64,000 nucleotides of DNA from Candidatus Limnocylindrales bacterium (GCA_036558545.1 DATBFJ010000074.1:24735-88734), one strand, 5' to 3'; numbered from the stretch's first letter, positions 16,447-25,680 are shown. The notes: generated by a model from the letters alone, not told the origin. Numbers and translations are program-made.

Positions 16447-18837
16447 TCAGGGCGTTGCGGCCGGGATGTCAGCAATCCAGATCCTCGGGTCCTCGTACGA
16501 CCAGAGCACGACACGATCGCCGAGAATGGCTGCCGCGTCTACCAGTTGACCCTCGTCGTTGGGCAGCGCATAGCGAGTCCATGTCAGTCCGTCTGTGGAT
16601 GAGAGGAAAATTCCAGAGCCGTTGATTGCCGTTACCGCACGCTGACCATCCGAGCTCAGTGCCCCGACGGGCATGTCGGGAGGGGCCGTCTGAGTCTGCC
16701 AAGTTCGTCCGTCCGCCGAGGTTGACAGGTTTTCGCCAAACGGATTGACGCACACGCCAAGGAAGCCACTGGCGATCGATGCCTTTGAGCAGTTGAGACT
16801 GGGTTGACCCTTTGCATTGGTCCAGTGGATGCCATCGGACGAGAACAAGATCCCTACCTCGCGATCAAAATTGGAAGCGACGAAGACGTCGTGGCCTGTG
16901 ACGATTCCCTCGGCATCCGGTTGGCCGGCGCTGGTCCAGGTCTGGCCGTCGGTTGACGTCCACAGCCGGCCAAATCCGCGATCGGTACAGACGATGACAC
17001 CACGCGCGACAAGGACCGTGCCTGCGCGGTAGATCTCGCTGATGCTGGCGTCGGAACGGATGGACTGCCCGCACGGATTCTCGGTGAACGCAGCCTCGTC
17101 ACCGGCGTTTGTCCATGTCGTCCCGTCGGGCGAATACCAAAGGCCGACGCCTTGTCCTCCCGGTGGAATCGTCGATGTCGAAGCGAGGAACCCCGCCTGA
17201 TCGTCGTGAAACAAGCTCATTTGCACATTGGCTGGCATCGCCAGTGTCAGGCTCGCGACCTGCGTCCAGGTGACGCCGTTCTGACTGTCAACGAGCGCAT
17301 AGGTGCACGAACCATCGACGCATTGGTGGGTTGTCGCCTCGAACTCGCCGCCCTTCGTGATGATCGAGTCAAAGCCGCCGGTCATCTGGGGCAACGATGC
17401 CGCACCGATTGAAGTCCATATATCTGGCGTGGCTGATGGACCGACCGTCGATTGAGGTGACGGAGTGGGCACCTGTGAAGGCGCGATGGGAATGTCTCCA
17501 ACCCAGGCCATCGGGATGTTGTTGTTGGCGAACGTGGTGTGCCCAAGTGCCACGACGCGATTGCCCGCAATGGCAACGAAGTCAGGGCCGCCACCTTCTT
17601 GGAGCGGCAGCTCGTAGCGTGTCCACGTCGAGCCATCTGCGGACGATGCCCAAACGCCCTCTGATGGCCGGGTGTCGGAGTTGTCCAACGTGACTGCAAT
17701 GCGTTCGTCCGAACTCAAGGTTTGCGCTTCAACTCCCGAGTCGAGCTGCTGCACCGCTGGAGTCCAAGTCGATCCGTCCGATGACGTCGTCAGCGAGCCG
17801 TCCCCTTTCAAGCCGACAAAGCCGTCCGCCACGGGTGCGAGGTCATAACTCCCCGACAAAGCACCGCCCTGTTGCCAGTCGAGACCGTCCACCGAATGCA
17901 TCGATATGTCATCGGGATCAGCGCCGACGAAAATGCCGTGGCCCGAGGCCAAAGTGTCGACGGGAAGCTGATCGATGGCCGTCCAATAGTGGCCGTCGGG
18001 CGACGTGTAAGCGACCGTCGGTAGTGCCTGCTGGCAGTAGACGAGTGCGGTGGCAAGCAAGCCGGTCGGCGTGGTGCCGTCGATGATGAAGTTCATGCCC
18101 AAATACGGGCCGTACTGGCCACACTGAGACCCATCGAACGCGGACTGATTGGACAGGCTCTCCCAGGTCGTTCCATCCGTCGAATACCACGGCCCGTGGT
18201 CGACGTTGGATTCGCCCCCACTCGACTGCGTATCAAATGCGGTCATGGCGAGGAAATAGCCATTGCCCCTGTAGAAGTGGCTCAGATATTGGCCACCTTC
18301 CTTCTGAGCAATTACGTTCCAATTCACACCATCAGAGCTCTCGATCAGCATCCTCTGGCCATCACACGCGATCTGGTCTTGGGATCGCGGCTGAGAGCAC
18401 TTGTAAGCATCAGCCAGGAACTCGCCATCCTGCTCATACAGGCCGAAATAGCCGTCAACGCCGGTCAGCTGATCCGCACCGAGAACCTGCCAGGATGCTG
18501 CTCCAGTTGATGGCGATGGGGATGGCGGCTGGGAGGAGGGAGGAGACGACGATCGAGTGGTCGAAATTGGCTGCGTGCTCTTGGCGGAGGGCGATGGCGA
18601 GCTGGTCGCAGTCTGGTTCGTGCGTGGCGGAAGCGAAACGATGATCAGCACGGCCACCACCGTTACCGCAGCGATCGCCACGAACGTGGCCACCGCGCGC
18701 GTCCTGGAACCACCCGACTCAGGAGCGCTGACAAAGAGCGCAGGGTTGATCCGGTCCATTGGCGCGGAGCGCGTCGAACGCCACTTCTCGCCGGCTTCGC
18801 GCAATTGAGCATCCATTTGATCGAGTGGATCGGTCAT
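16447..18837 (-). CDS. Anti-sigma-factor-like single-pass membrane protein with a large extracytoplasmic BNR/Asp-box-like beta-propeller region (two tandem ~370-aa modules)
   Basis: ATG 18837 overlaps the sigma stop (ATGA). A ~50-aa cytoplasmic N-terminus is followed by the TM helix AVATFVAIAAVTVVAVLIIV and a Ser/Pro linker. There are ~11 SxDGxxW repeats (STDGTTWES, SPDGHYWTA, SADGSTWTR, STDGQTWTS...). The module ends twice with ...RVVALG.../...RVVLWSYEDPRIWIADIP. Confidence 0.6.
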   Translation of the reverse strand: MTDPLDQMDAQLREAGEKWRSTRSAPMDRINPALFVSAPESGGSRTRAVATFVAIAAVTVVAVLIIVSLPPRTNQTATSSPSPSAKSTQPISTTRSSSPPSSQPPSPSPSTGAASWQVLGADQLTGVDGYFGLYEQDGEFLADAYKCSQPRSQDQIACDGQRMLIESSDGVNWNVIAQKEGGQYLSHFYRGNGYFLAMTAFDTQSSGGESNVDHGPWYSTDGTTWESLSNQSAFDGSQCGQYGPYLGMNFIIDGTTPTGLLATALVYCQQALPTVAYTSPDGHYWTAIDQLPVDTLASGHGIFVGADPDDISMHSVDGLDWQQGGALSGSYDLAPVADGFVGLKGDGSLTTSSDGSTWTPAVQQLDSGVEAQTLSSDERIAVTLDNSDTRPSEGVWASSADGSTWTRYELPLQEGGGPDFVAIAGNRVVALGHTTFANNNIPMAWVGDIPIAPSQVPTPSPQSTVGPSATPDIWTSIGAASLPQMTGGFDSIITKGGEFEATTHQCVDGSCTYALVDSQNGVTWTQVASLTLAMPANVQMSLFHDDQAGFLASTSTIPPGGQGVGLWYSPDGTTWTNAGDEAAFTENPCGQSIRSDASISEIYRAGTVLVARGVIVCTDRGFGRLWTSTDGQTWTSAGQPDAEGIVTGHDVFVASNFDREVGILFSSDGIHWTNAKGQPSLNCSKASIASGFLGVCVNPFGENLSTSADGRTWQTQTAPPDMPVGALSSDGQRAVTAINGSGIFLSSTDGLTWTRYALPNDEGQLVDAAAILGDRVVLWSYEDPRIWIADIPAATP

Positions 18838-19355
18838 TCCTTGCCGTCCAAGATGGTGCGAAGTGCGGCGCGGGCGTCGGACAACGTGGACTTCACCGTT
18901 CCTTCCGAGCAGCGCATGACCGACGCCGTTTCGGCGACGTTCAGCCCCGCGAAGTAGAAACAGTCGACCGCCAAACGCTGACGCGCGGAAAGGGCGGAAA
19001 CCGCCGACCAAAGATCAAGCCGATCCTCCGAATTCGCCTCCGGCGGCGGCTCGAGCTGGCCGAAGAACACGTACTTCTTACGCCTCGACTTACGTGCCTG
19101 ATCGGCAACGATCGCCAGCAGCCAAGCGCTCAAGGAACCACGCCTTGGATCGAACGAACGACGTTTCCTCCACGCGTTGATCAGCGCTTCCTGGACGACG
19201 TCGTCCCGATTGGATTCATTCGTTAGACGTTCGGCAAGGGTCGACATTTTCGTGAGGAACGGCTCCACGAGGCGTGCGAACTGCGCGGCATCGGCTGCCG
19301 CGATCGAATCCCCCTCGGCCACCTCGGCGGGTTGGGCGCCCGTCACAAAGACCAC
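18834..19355 (-). CDS. ECF (group 4) RNA polymerase sigma-70 factor
   Basis: Region 2: DVVQEALINAWRKRRSFDPRRGSLSAWLLAIV. Region 4 HTH: RQRLAVDCFYFAGLNVAETASVMRCSEGTVKSTLSDAR. Confidence 0.85.
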   Translation of the reverse strand: MVFVTGAQPAEVAEGDSIAAADAAQFARLVEPFLTKMSTLAERLTNESNRDDVVQEALINAWRKRRSFDPRRGSLSAWLLAIVADQARKSRRKKYVFFGQLEPPPEANSEDRLDLWSAVSALSARQRLAVDCFYFAGLNVAETASVMRCSEGTVKSTLSDARAALRTILDGKE

Positions 19356-19404
19356 ATGCCTAATACCCGGCGAAGACGCGTTTCGGTTGGGTCACTCGCC
19401 GACG

Positions 19405-20691
19405 TCAGGGGATCTGCGCGATCCAGAGAACTGCTGACGATCTGTTCCCCGCACCCGATCCGGCCACCACCACGGTGTCCCCGAGCTGTTCCACTCCGTT
19501 CACCTCATCTCCGGCGAAACCGTTTGGGGCATGCGTGGGCAACAAGTAGCGCGTCCAGACGCTGCCATCGGGTGAGGACAGCCAGATCGCGGGCGCGTCT
19601 TCGTCGACGGCTGCGGCTCGGCTTCCGTTCGACGTGATGGTCTCGACGTAGCCTGGTTTGAACGGCACGCCGGCTGCGGTCCATTGTCTGCCGTCCGTTG
19701 ATGTTTGGATCTGCTGGAAGGTTGCGTCGCGCGCGTCACCATAGGGAACTTCCAGGAACCCGCCATCAACGGCCACGATCGTTCCATCGCCAGGTACGGT
19801 CCCGAGCTTCGCCCAATCGACGCCGTTGTCGGATGACCAGAGGGTTTCATTCGCGCTCCGGTAGCTCTGACCGACGTACCCGCTTTGGACAGTGAGCAGC
19901 GCGAGTGGGTCTTGGCCGGTGCACTTCCAGGTCTCCCCGTCCGGCGAGAACCAAGTCGCCGAACCCACGGCCACCAATCCTGATGGGGTTTCGTACACGT
20001 TGCCGATCGTCTCGCGGTCATCAGTTCCGCACTTGCCCGGGGCAAACGCGGGCTGGTCGGAGAGCGATGTCCAGTTCGCGCCATCTGACGAGCGGAACAT
20101 CGCCGGATGGTCACCTGGCTCGTAGCCGTCGAGAGTCCCGTAGGCGAAGAAACCCATGCTCGTCTCAGAAACAGCCAGCCCCTCTGGAGTCGACGGGAGC
20201 TCTCCGAGGATCGACCACGAAATTGCGTCGGGGCTCGCGAGAAGCCACGAATCCTCGCCGATGCAGTACGAGGGACAGATGCCGTGCCCACCCTGGCCCA
20301 GCCACCTGCCATTGCTCGGCCAGACGCCCATTCCATCGAAGCCGAAGAGTTCGTCGCCGCCCAAGCGTCGCCACCGGACCCCGTCCATGTCAGTTACCTC
20401 GGGCGTTGCAGATGGCACCCCTGGCGTCCACGGCGCGAGGGTCGGAAGCGTCAAGTCGTAAGTAGCCCGAGGCGGGGACGGCATTGGCGATCTCGAGGAC
20501 TCTGGCGTAGTCGACGGCGAGGCGCTCGGCACGATGGCGGGGGCGGTGCCGGTCAGAGGCAGCCTTGTTGAAATCGGGGCGACCGGCGGCGCAGATGGCG
20601 AGAGCGACGTCGTCGCGGTGCACGAAATAAGCGCGACGACAGACATGACGACGAGGACGACTCGGCCGATCACCTTGTGTGTGACGAGCAA
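19405..20691 (-). CDS. Secreted BNR/Asp-box-like repeat beta-propeller protein (paralog of the anti-sigma ectodomain module)
   Basis: N-terminal signal/TM segment and Pro/Ser-rich linker. Repeats SSDGANWTS, SPDGETWKC, SSDNGVDWAK, STDGRQWTA, SPDGSVWTR. C-terminal ...AVLWIAQIP matches the anti-sigma module's ...WIADIP. Confidence 0.6.
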   Translation of the reverse strand: MLVTHKVIGRVVLVVMSVVALISCTATTSLSPSAPPVAPISTRLPLTGTAPAIVPSASPSTTPESSRSPMPSPPRATYDLTLPTLAPWTPGVPSATPEVTDMDGVRWRRLGGDELFGFDGMGVWPSNGRWLGQGGHGICPSYCIGEDSWLLASPDAISWSILGELPSTPEGLAVSETSMGFFAYGTLDGYEPGDHPAMFRSSDGANWTSLSDQPAFAPGKCGTDDRETIGNVYETPSGLVAVGSATWFSPDGETWKCTGQDPLALLTVQSGYVGQSYRSANETLWSSDNGVDWAKLGTVPGDGTIVAVDGGFLEVPYGDARDATFQQIQTSTDGRQWTAAGVPFKPGYVETITSNGSRAAAVDEDAPAIWLSSPDGSVWTRYLLPTHAPNGFAGDEVNGVEQLGDTVVVAGSGAGNRSSAVLWIAQIP

Positions 20692-20713
20692 TGCCCGGCC
20701 AATGTGGCCAGGC

Positions 20714-22051
20714 TCACGGCAAGAGGTCCGACCGGTTGGCTTCCCACGCGACGCCCCATCCGACCGAATCGCGACTCGGCCAGAACTTCCAATCGATGCC
20801 GACCCCTTCCAATTGAGTGCCCACTGACGTCAAGTAGTCGATCTCACGACCGTGCCAGCCTTGCTGCGACATCTGATGCCACGACCGTCCGTCCGCACTT
20901 GTCCAGATGTTCTGGCGCACGTTCGACTCCTCCAGCACGCAACATTTACCGGGGTCGCGGCCAATGGCGATGAAGCCTTGATCGTCGGCCAGGATCTGAT
21001 CGACGTATTGCGGCGCCGAGACTGCCGGCCGCCAGACCAGACCATCGGCCGAACTCCATGCGGACCACTCGTTGCTCAGCTCGTAGTCAGTGAAGGTGGC
21101 CCGCCGCGCGGTAATCACCCAGCCAAGCGGCCCAGAGGCTATCTCGGCCTTGCTCGCCGCCATCGAATCGGGCAACTCGACGACCTCTGACCAGTCAAGG
21201 CCGTCCGTCGTCCGCCAGAGCTCTATCGGTGTCTTGATTCTGGCATCTTCCGTGGGATCGTCACTGCGCAACGCCCACAGGTAGTCCTCCGTTTCGTAGA
21301 GGGCGAGAAGGCCGTCGGCCACAACCAGACCGGATGGGCTGGACACCACGTGCCAAGTTATTCCGTCGTCGTCGGAATACACGGGATCGGACTTCGAATT
21401 GTCGTTGTTGAAAGCCAGCAGCCGACCATCTATTTCGGCCAGGTCACTGCCCACACCTGGATACGAGCCAGCGACTTTCCAAGCCAGGCCGTCAGTTGAT
21501 ATCAGTGCATGAGTCAAGAACTCGGTGTCGTTCAGTTCCAAGCCAAGCGCGGCAAACCCATTCCCGGTCGGCGCTATGGCATGAATTCGATCGATGTGCG
21601 GCTGGTCGGGCAGCGCTGCCAGTTGCCAGAGCCGAGCGTCGTTTGAGTACCAGAGTTGCGCATCCCAACCGTCGGCAACGGGCTGTCCGCTCAGAACGTA
21701 GGTCCCTTGGCGCTCGCTTGCAGCCCAGAGGCCGGTCACCTGATCCAGGCCGACGTCCGTCGTCTCAATCCAGGGCGCGACAACGTTGGGGATGGGCGAA
21801 GGGGCTATAGGGGGCCGGACAGTACCTCGTGGGCTGGCCGTCGACGATGCCGTGGGCGAGTCATGGCTGGGAGTGGGCGTAGCGACTGGTAACGACGTCA
21901 CGACGGCCGTTGGAGTGGACCTCGGCCCAGCAGGGGTTGTCGTGGGCACGGGTTGGGCCGAAGCATCCGGCGTTGCCACAGGTGGGGAGCCCGAGCCGCA
22001 CGAACACACAAGAGCCGCACCCATAGTGACCACGACGAGCCGACGCATCAT
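20714..22051 (-). CDS. Lipoprotein with BNR/Asp-box-like repeats (third paralog)
   Basis: Lipobox LVCSCGSG and a Pro/Thr-rich linker. Repeats STDGLAWKV, DDDGITWHV, TTDGLDWSE, SADGLVWRP, SADGRSWHQ. Confidence 0.6.
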   Translation of the reverse strand: MMRRLVVVTMGAALVCSCGSGSPPVATPDASAQPVPTTTPAGPRSTPTAVVTSLPVATPTPSHDSPTASSTASPRGTVRPPIAPSPIPNVVAPWIETTDVGLDQVTGLWAASERQGTYVLSGQPVADGWDAQLWYSNDARLWQLAALPDQPHIDRIHAIAPTGNGFAALGLELNDTEFLTHALISTDGLAWKVAGSYPGVGSDLAEIDGRLLAFNNDNSKSDPVYSDDDGITWHVVSSPSGLVVADGLLALYETEDYLWALRSDDPTEDARIKTPIELWRTTDGLDWSEVVELPDSMAASKAEIASGPLGWVITARRATFTDYELSNEWSAWSSADGLVWRPAVSAPQYVDQILADDQGFIAIGRDPGKCCVLEESNVRQNIWTSADGRSWHQMSQQGWHGREIDYLTSVGTQLEGVGIDWKFWPSRDSVGWGVAWEANRSDLLP

Positions 22052-22107
22052 TCCATGGTGGTCTCGAGGTCGATGAACGAAAGTGCCGAAAGTCGCCTGA
22101 TGGTGGG

Positions 22108-22419
22108 CTAGTTGACGACGACTCCGGTTAGGCCGCGCAGGTGTTCCGGCAGCCGAGTCGCGTCGTCGCCCGAGAAGCCGGGACCGCGGAGCGCGCCACC
22201 TTCAAAGAAATCCGAGTAGCGCGTCTTGTTGTCGCCCGCGTATCGAAAGGCTTCGGCGATGCCGACTCGGCGGAGCTCCGGAAACTCGCCAAGCATGTCG
22301 TCCGGTGTGAGCCCGTTGGAGCGCATCTCGAGGATGTTGCGGACGGTGAGGCGCGTGCCGTAGCAGAACGGCTCGCCGTTCATCACCAGTGGATCGACCT
22401 TGACCCATTTGATCGTCAT
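22108..22419 (-). CDS. DUF433 domain protein (antitoxin-like small DNA-binding fold)
   Basis: MNGEPFCYGTRLTVRNILEM matches the DUF433 core (NGxPcixGTRi.V..il). Confidence 0.65.
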   Translation of the reverse strand: MTIKWVKVDPLVMNGEPFCYGTRLTVRNILEMRSNGLTPDDMLGEFPELRRVGIAEAFRYAGDNKTRYSDFFEGGALRGPGFSGDDATRLPEHLRGLTGVVVN

Positions 22420-22435
22420 CAGGCGGTCACCGAAC

Positions 22436-22939
22436 CTAGATCCATTTGTCGTCGCCGATGCCCGCGCCTTTCCAGAAGAAGCGGATGATCGGATTGCCCT
22501 TGTGATCGCCGGGCAGCTTCTGGTGGAACTTCAGCTTCTTGTTCCATCGTTCGAAGAGCGCCTGCGCCGCCTCGTTCTCATCCGGGGTCAGCACGGCGGC
22601 GCAGGCGGCACGCAGGCCAGCCAGCATCGCCATGAAATCCGCCATGGGAATCTGGCGCCGCCGATAGATAGGTACAAGCCACTCGCCGTAACTGACGACG
22701 TAGGCATCCTCGCCCGTCTCAAGGGCCCTGGCGAGCTGCTCGATGTGGCGGTCGAAATCACGCAGGATCAATCGCAGCTGAGTCTGGTCGTAACGATCAT
22801 CGAACCCGGGCGCGATATGTATCGTCTCCTGCAAAGCGACGTTGGCCAGGCGAGTGCGGTTGTCGCGCAGCTGCTTCGCCGCGGACGGCAAACCGGCAGT
22901 GACGTCGTCGGGCGGCAGGCCAAGGCTCGGATGATGCAT
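22436..22939 (-). CDS. Hypothetical helical protein, co-transcribed with the DUF433 gene
   Basis: ~168 aa from MHHPSLG. The stop lies 16 nt before the DUF433 start. No family recognised. Start choice is uncertain. Confidence 0.35.
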   Translation of the reverse strand: MHHPSLGLPPDDVTAGLPSAAKQLRDNRTRLANVALQETIHIAPGFDDRYDQTQLRLILRDFDRHIEQLARALETGEDAYVVSYGEWLVPIYRRRQIPMADFMAMLAGLRAACAAVLTPDENEAAQALFERWNKKLKFHQKLPGDHKGNPIIRFFWKGAGIGDDKWI

Positions 22940-22961
22940 CGGGCAACCTAGTCTATAAGGT

Positions 22962-23387
22962 GTGACGGCCCGCTCGACGCCTCGCGCAATCGCTCTCGGG
23001 ATCGCGGCCACGGCCACGGTACTGCTCGGATACGCCCTTCTTTCTGAGCCCCTCGAGATCACCTTCGGATTGCTGGTGGCAGGCATTGTCGGTGGCTGGC
23101 TAATCGGCCACGCTCTCTCGTACGGCGCCTGGAACAACCGCGATCACGAGCCGTACCGCCCGTTGCAGTGGACTGCGCTCATTTTGTGCGCGGTGGCGTG
23201 GGTCGGTGCGCTCGTCCTCGCTTTCGTGATCAGTCAAGCGCTCGTGCCCGATTCGAGCGTCCCGCTCGGAGACAAGCTCACGACCAGCAACTTCTTCGAC
23301 TACCTTTTCGGGTTGGACTTCGTGCCGGTCGTCCACGTTCTCGCATTTGCGTTGATGGCTTTCATGGCGTGGCGCGGGGCCCGATGA
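22962..23387 (+). CDS. Membrane protein, hypothetical (4 TM)
   Basis: 141 aa with four hydrophobic segments. Divergent from the 22436-22939 gene. Confidence 0.4.
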   Translation: MTARSTPRAIALGIAATATVLLGYALLSEPLEITFGLLVAGIVGGWLIGHALSYGAWNNRDHEPYRPLQWTALILCAVAWVGALVLAFVISQALVPDSSVPLGDKLTTSNFFDYLFGLDFVPVVHVLAFALMAFMAWRGAR

Positions 23388-23394
23388 TGAGCGT

Positions 23395-23721
23395 ATGCCG
23401 AAGCTCCTGATCGCCGTCGTCCACGCCCAGGACGCCGGACAGCTGGTCGAAGCGCTGCGTGGCGCCGATATGCGCGTCACCGAGGTTCTCAGCCGCGGCG
23501 GCTTCCTCCAGGCCCGCAACGCGATGCTCTACATCGGCGTCGAGAACGATGAGGTCGACGAGGCGATGCATCTGATCGAAGAGAACTGCAAGTCGCACAC
23601 TGAGAGCGTCACCGCCGAACCGATGGGTGTTTTCGGAGAGGGCAACTGGATGCCCGCCGAGGTCACCCATGGCGGCGCGACGGTATTTGTCGTGCCACTC
23701 GACGAGATCCGCCGGATCTAG
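23395..23721 (+). CDS. PII-like signalling protein, DarA/PstA (c-di-AMP receptor, DUF970) family
   Basis: 108 aa. KLLIAVVHAQDAGQLVEALRGADMRVTEV..GGFLQARNAMLYIGVENDEVDEAMHLI...GGATVFVVPLDEI matches, from memory, Bacillus DarA in length and motif order. Confidence 0.7.
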   Translation: MPKLLIAVVHAQDAGQLVEALRGADMRVTEVLSRGGFLQARNAMLYIGVENDEVDEAMHLIEENCKSHTESVTAEPMGVFGEGNWMPAEVTHGGATVFVVPLDEIRRI

Positions 23722-23780
23722 CGCAGTCGGCCTGCGTGACTGGGGCAGTCGACCTGCGTGACTGGGGCCCTGACCCAGCC

Positions 23781-24104
23781 CTAGTCGGGCGTCTCGCCCA
23801 GGAAAGGCATGTGATCCTGGGCCGCCTTGAGACTCATCTGGAGCGCCGCGGTCTTCTGCGCCGCGACATCCCGAACGTACGCGGATTCCTCCTCCGGCGT
23901 CATCCGCCGGCCACGGACCTCATTGGAGCGGCCGACCGACAACCAGATGAGGTGATAGCGGTCCATCGAGCCCCAAGCTGCGGATAGAAGCTCGTCGCTG
24001 AGCTGGAGCCACGTGCGCATGGCCGGCAGGCTGGGCTGCTGTTGGAGCCGCTCCCCCTCGGCGATCAACCGGCTCGTCCGCTCGATCAACTCGTTTCTCG
24101 TCAT
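23781..24104 (-). CDS. Hypothetical protein
   Basis: 107-aa ORF. Codon usage is consistent with neighbours. No family recognised. Confidence 0.3.
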   Translation of the reverse strand: MTRNELIERTSRLIAEGERLQQQPSLPAMRTWLQLSDELLSAAWGSMDRYHLIWLSVGRSNEVRGRRMTPEEESAYVRDVAAQKTAALQMSLKAAQDHMPFLGETPD

Positions 24105-25242
24105 GCCGGGTTATGGTCACATGGTGACCACGGTCTCCGAGCATTCGACCGACGCTGCGTCCGACGTCAGCACGGCACGCCTGCGAGAAGATCCGCACCG
24201 ACTCGATGCGGTGTTCGAGCGCCTTGGTTCGCGAGTAGCCGAAGGAGCACTTTCCGCCGCGGCGCTCGCGATTGGCGACGCGGAGGGCCTGATACGGCGC
24301 GAGACGTTCAGCAGCGAATCGAAGCCACTCGACGCGGAGAGCATCTTCTTCCTGGCTTCTGTCACCAAGCCGATCATCTCGACACTGTTCATGCAACTCG
24401 TCGAGGAAGGTTTGGTTGGCCTGCGCCAGCCGGTCGCCGACTTTGAGCCACGAATGCGCGACCTTGGTGGCGGCCGCGAGCTGATCACACCGTGGCACGT
24501 CATGACACACACGTCGGGACTCGCTGATTTCGATCCGCGCGATATCGGACGCAAGCGGCCGAGCGGCGCGCAGATGACCCAGACGATGATCGAGTCGCCG
24601 CTGCGCTTCAAGCCCGGGACGCAGTGGGAGTACGTCAGTGCCTCGTTCTACCTGCTGACGCTGATCATCGAAAAGGTAACCGGCACGCCCTATCGGGAGT
24701 ATCTCGACGAGCGGCTGCAGAAGCCGCTCGGCATGCACACGACGTTCGACCCGCGCAGTGCGGGCCGGCCGATCGTCGCGGTGCACGGCATTGGCGTCGA
24801 CTCGTTCCTGACCAGGTTCATCGTTCTGCGCTACATGGCCCGCGCGGCCCTGCCGGGCGGCGGATTGTTCGGCACTCTCGATGACATGACGCGTTTTGGC
24901 GCGGCACTCTTAAGGCCGCGCGTCGTCGACGGCCGGCATCTGCCGCTGCGCGCGCAGACCATTGCCGAGATGGCCGAGGATCAGACGATGGGACTGGTCG
25001 CCGGTGTCGAATATGAAGAGGAACAGCGCGTCCACCACGGCTTGAGCTGGGGCAAACCGACGCTGATGCGGGATGTGCCAGGGTCGAAGAACGTCTTCTC
25101 GCACGGTGGTGCCAGTGGCACACGTCTGTGGGTGGATCCTGACGCAAACCTGGTCTTCGTCTTCTTCACCAACCGCTGGGCGGCGGAGCGCAGCGTTGAA
25201 ACCGAAGCGCTGCGCGGCACGTACGAGGCAATGAAGCCCTAG
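24103..25242 (+). CDS. Beta-lactamase-family serine hydrolase (class C/PBP4-like esterase)
   Basis: SxxK active-site motif FLASVTKPI. Also WHVMTHTSGL and the YxN-like region. Confidence 0.8.
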   Translation: MPGYGHMVTTVSEHSTDAASDVSTARLREDPHRLDAVFERLGSRVAEGALSAAALAIGDAEGLIRRETFSSESKPLDAESIFFLASVTKPIISTLFMQLVEEGLVGLRQPVADFEPRMRDLGGGRELITPWHVMTHTSGLADFDPRDIGRKRPSGAQMTQTMIESPLRFKPGTQWEYVSASFYLLTLIIEKVTGTPYREYLDERLQKPLGMHTTFDPRSAGRPIVAVHGIGVDSFLTRFIVLRYMARAALPGGGLFGTLDDMTRFGAALLRPRVVDGRHLPLRAQTIAEMAEDQTMGLVAGVEYEEEQRVHHGLSWGKPTLMRDVPGSKNVFSHGGASGTRLWVDPDANLVFVFFTNRWAAERSVETEALRGTYEAMKP

Positions 25243-25658
25243 GCGACATCGCCCTCGTTGCGTGCGAAGCCGCGCAAGCGGTCCCGGCACTCCATCGCAT
25301 AACGCTCAACCTGACGGATGAGCCACGGTTCGGCGCGGACCGAATCCTCGATGGTCAGCTCGTCGCCGCGGTCGCCCTCACCCAACTCAAAGCCAAGTGA
25401 CGTCCTGAAATCCGCGACCCAGTTTGCCTGTAGCTGCACGGCGACCGCGGCCACAACCGATCGCGAGAACGACCAGTCGAGGTAGTCCGAATTGAGCTGG
25501 TCGACGATGTCGCGCAGCCTGATCGGCACTCCTCGTTCGAGGCGCGCGATCAGGTGTGCCACTCGCAGCGATGCAAACGGATCGCCCGATTCCGCCACGA
25601 CGGGCGGCCAGACGTTCGCATCCGGCAATCCCTGAACATCGCGCAGCAGGAGGCTCAT
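25239..25658 (-). CDS. Hypothetical protein
   Basis: Start set at MSLLLRDVQGL (ATG 25658), after the upstream gene's stop. ~139 aa. No family recognised. Confidence 0.3.
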   Translation of the reverse strand: MSLLLRDVQGLPDANVWPPVVAESGDPFASLRVAHLIARLERGVPIRLRDIVDQLNSDYLDWSFSRSVVAAVAVQLQANWVADFRTSLGFELGEGDRGDELTIEDSVRAEPWLIRQVERYAMECRDRLRGFARNEGDVA

Positions 25659-25680
25659 CGGATGAATATGGCTGACGCGG

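Noticed and set aside
18838-19011. 58-codon N-terminal extension of the anti-sigma-like ORF overlapping the sigma factor gene
   Set aside because: It lies in a different frame over the sigma factor's conserved region 4. The ATG at 18837 overlaps the sigma stop, the usual sigma/anti-sigma coupling.
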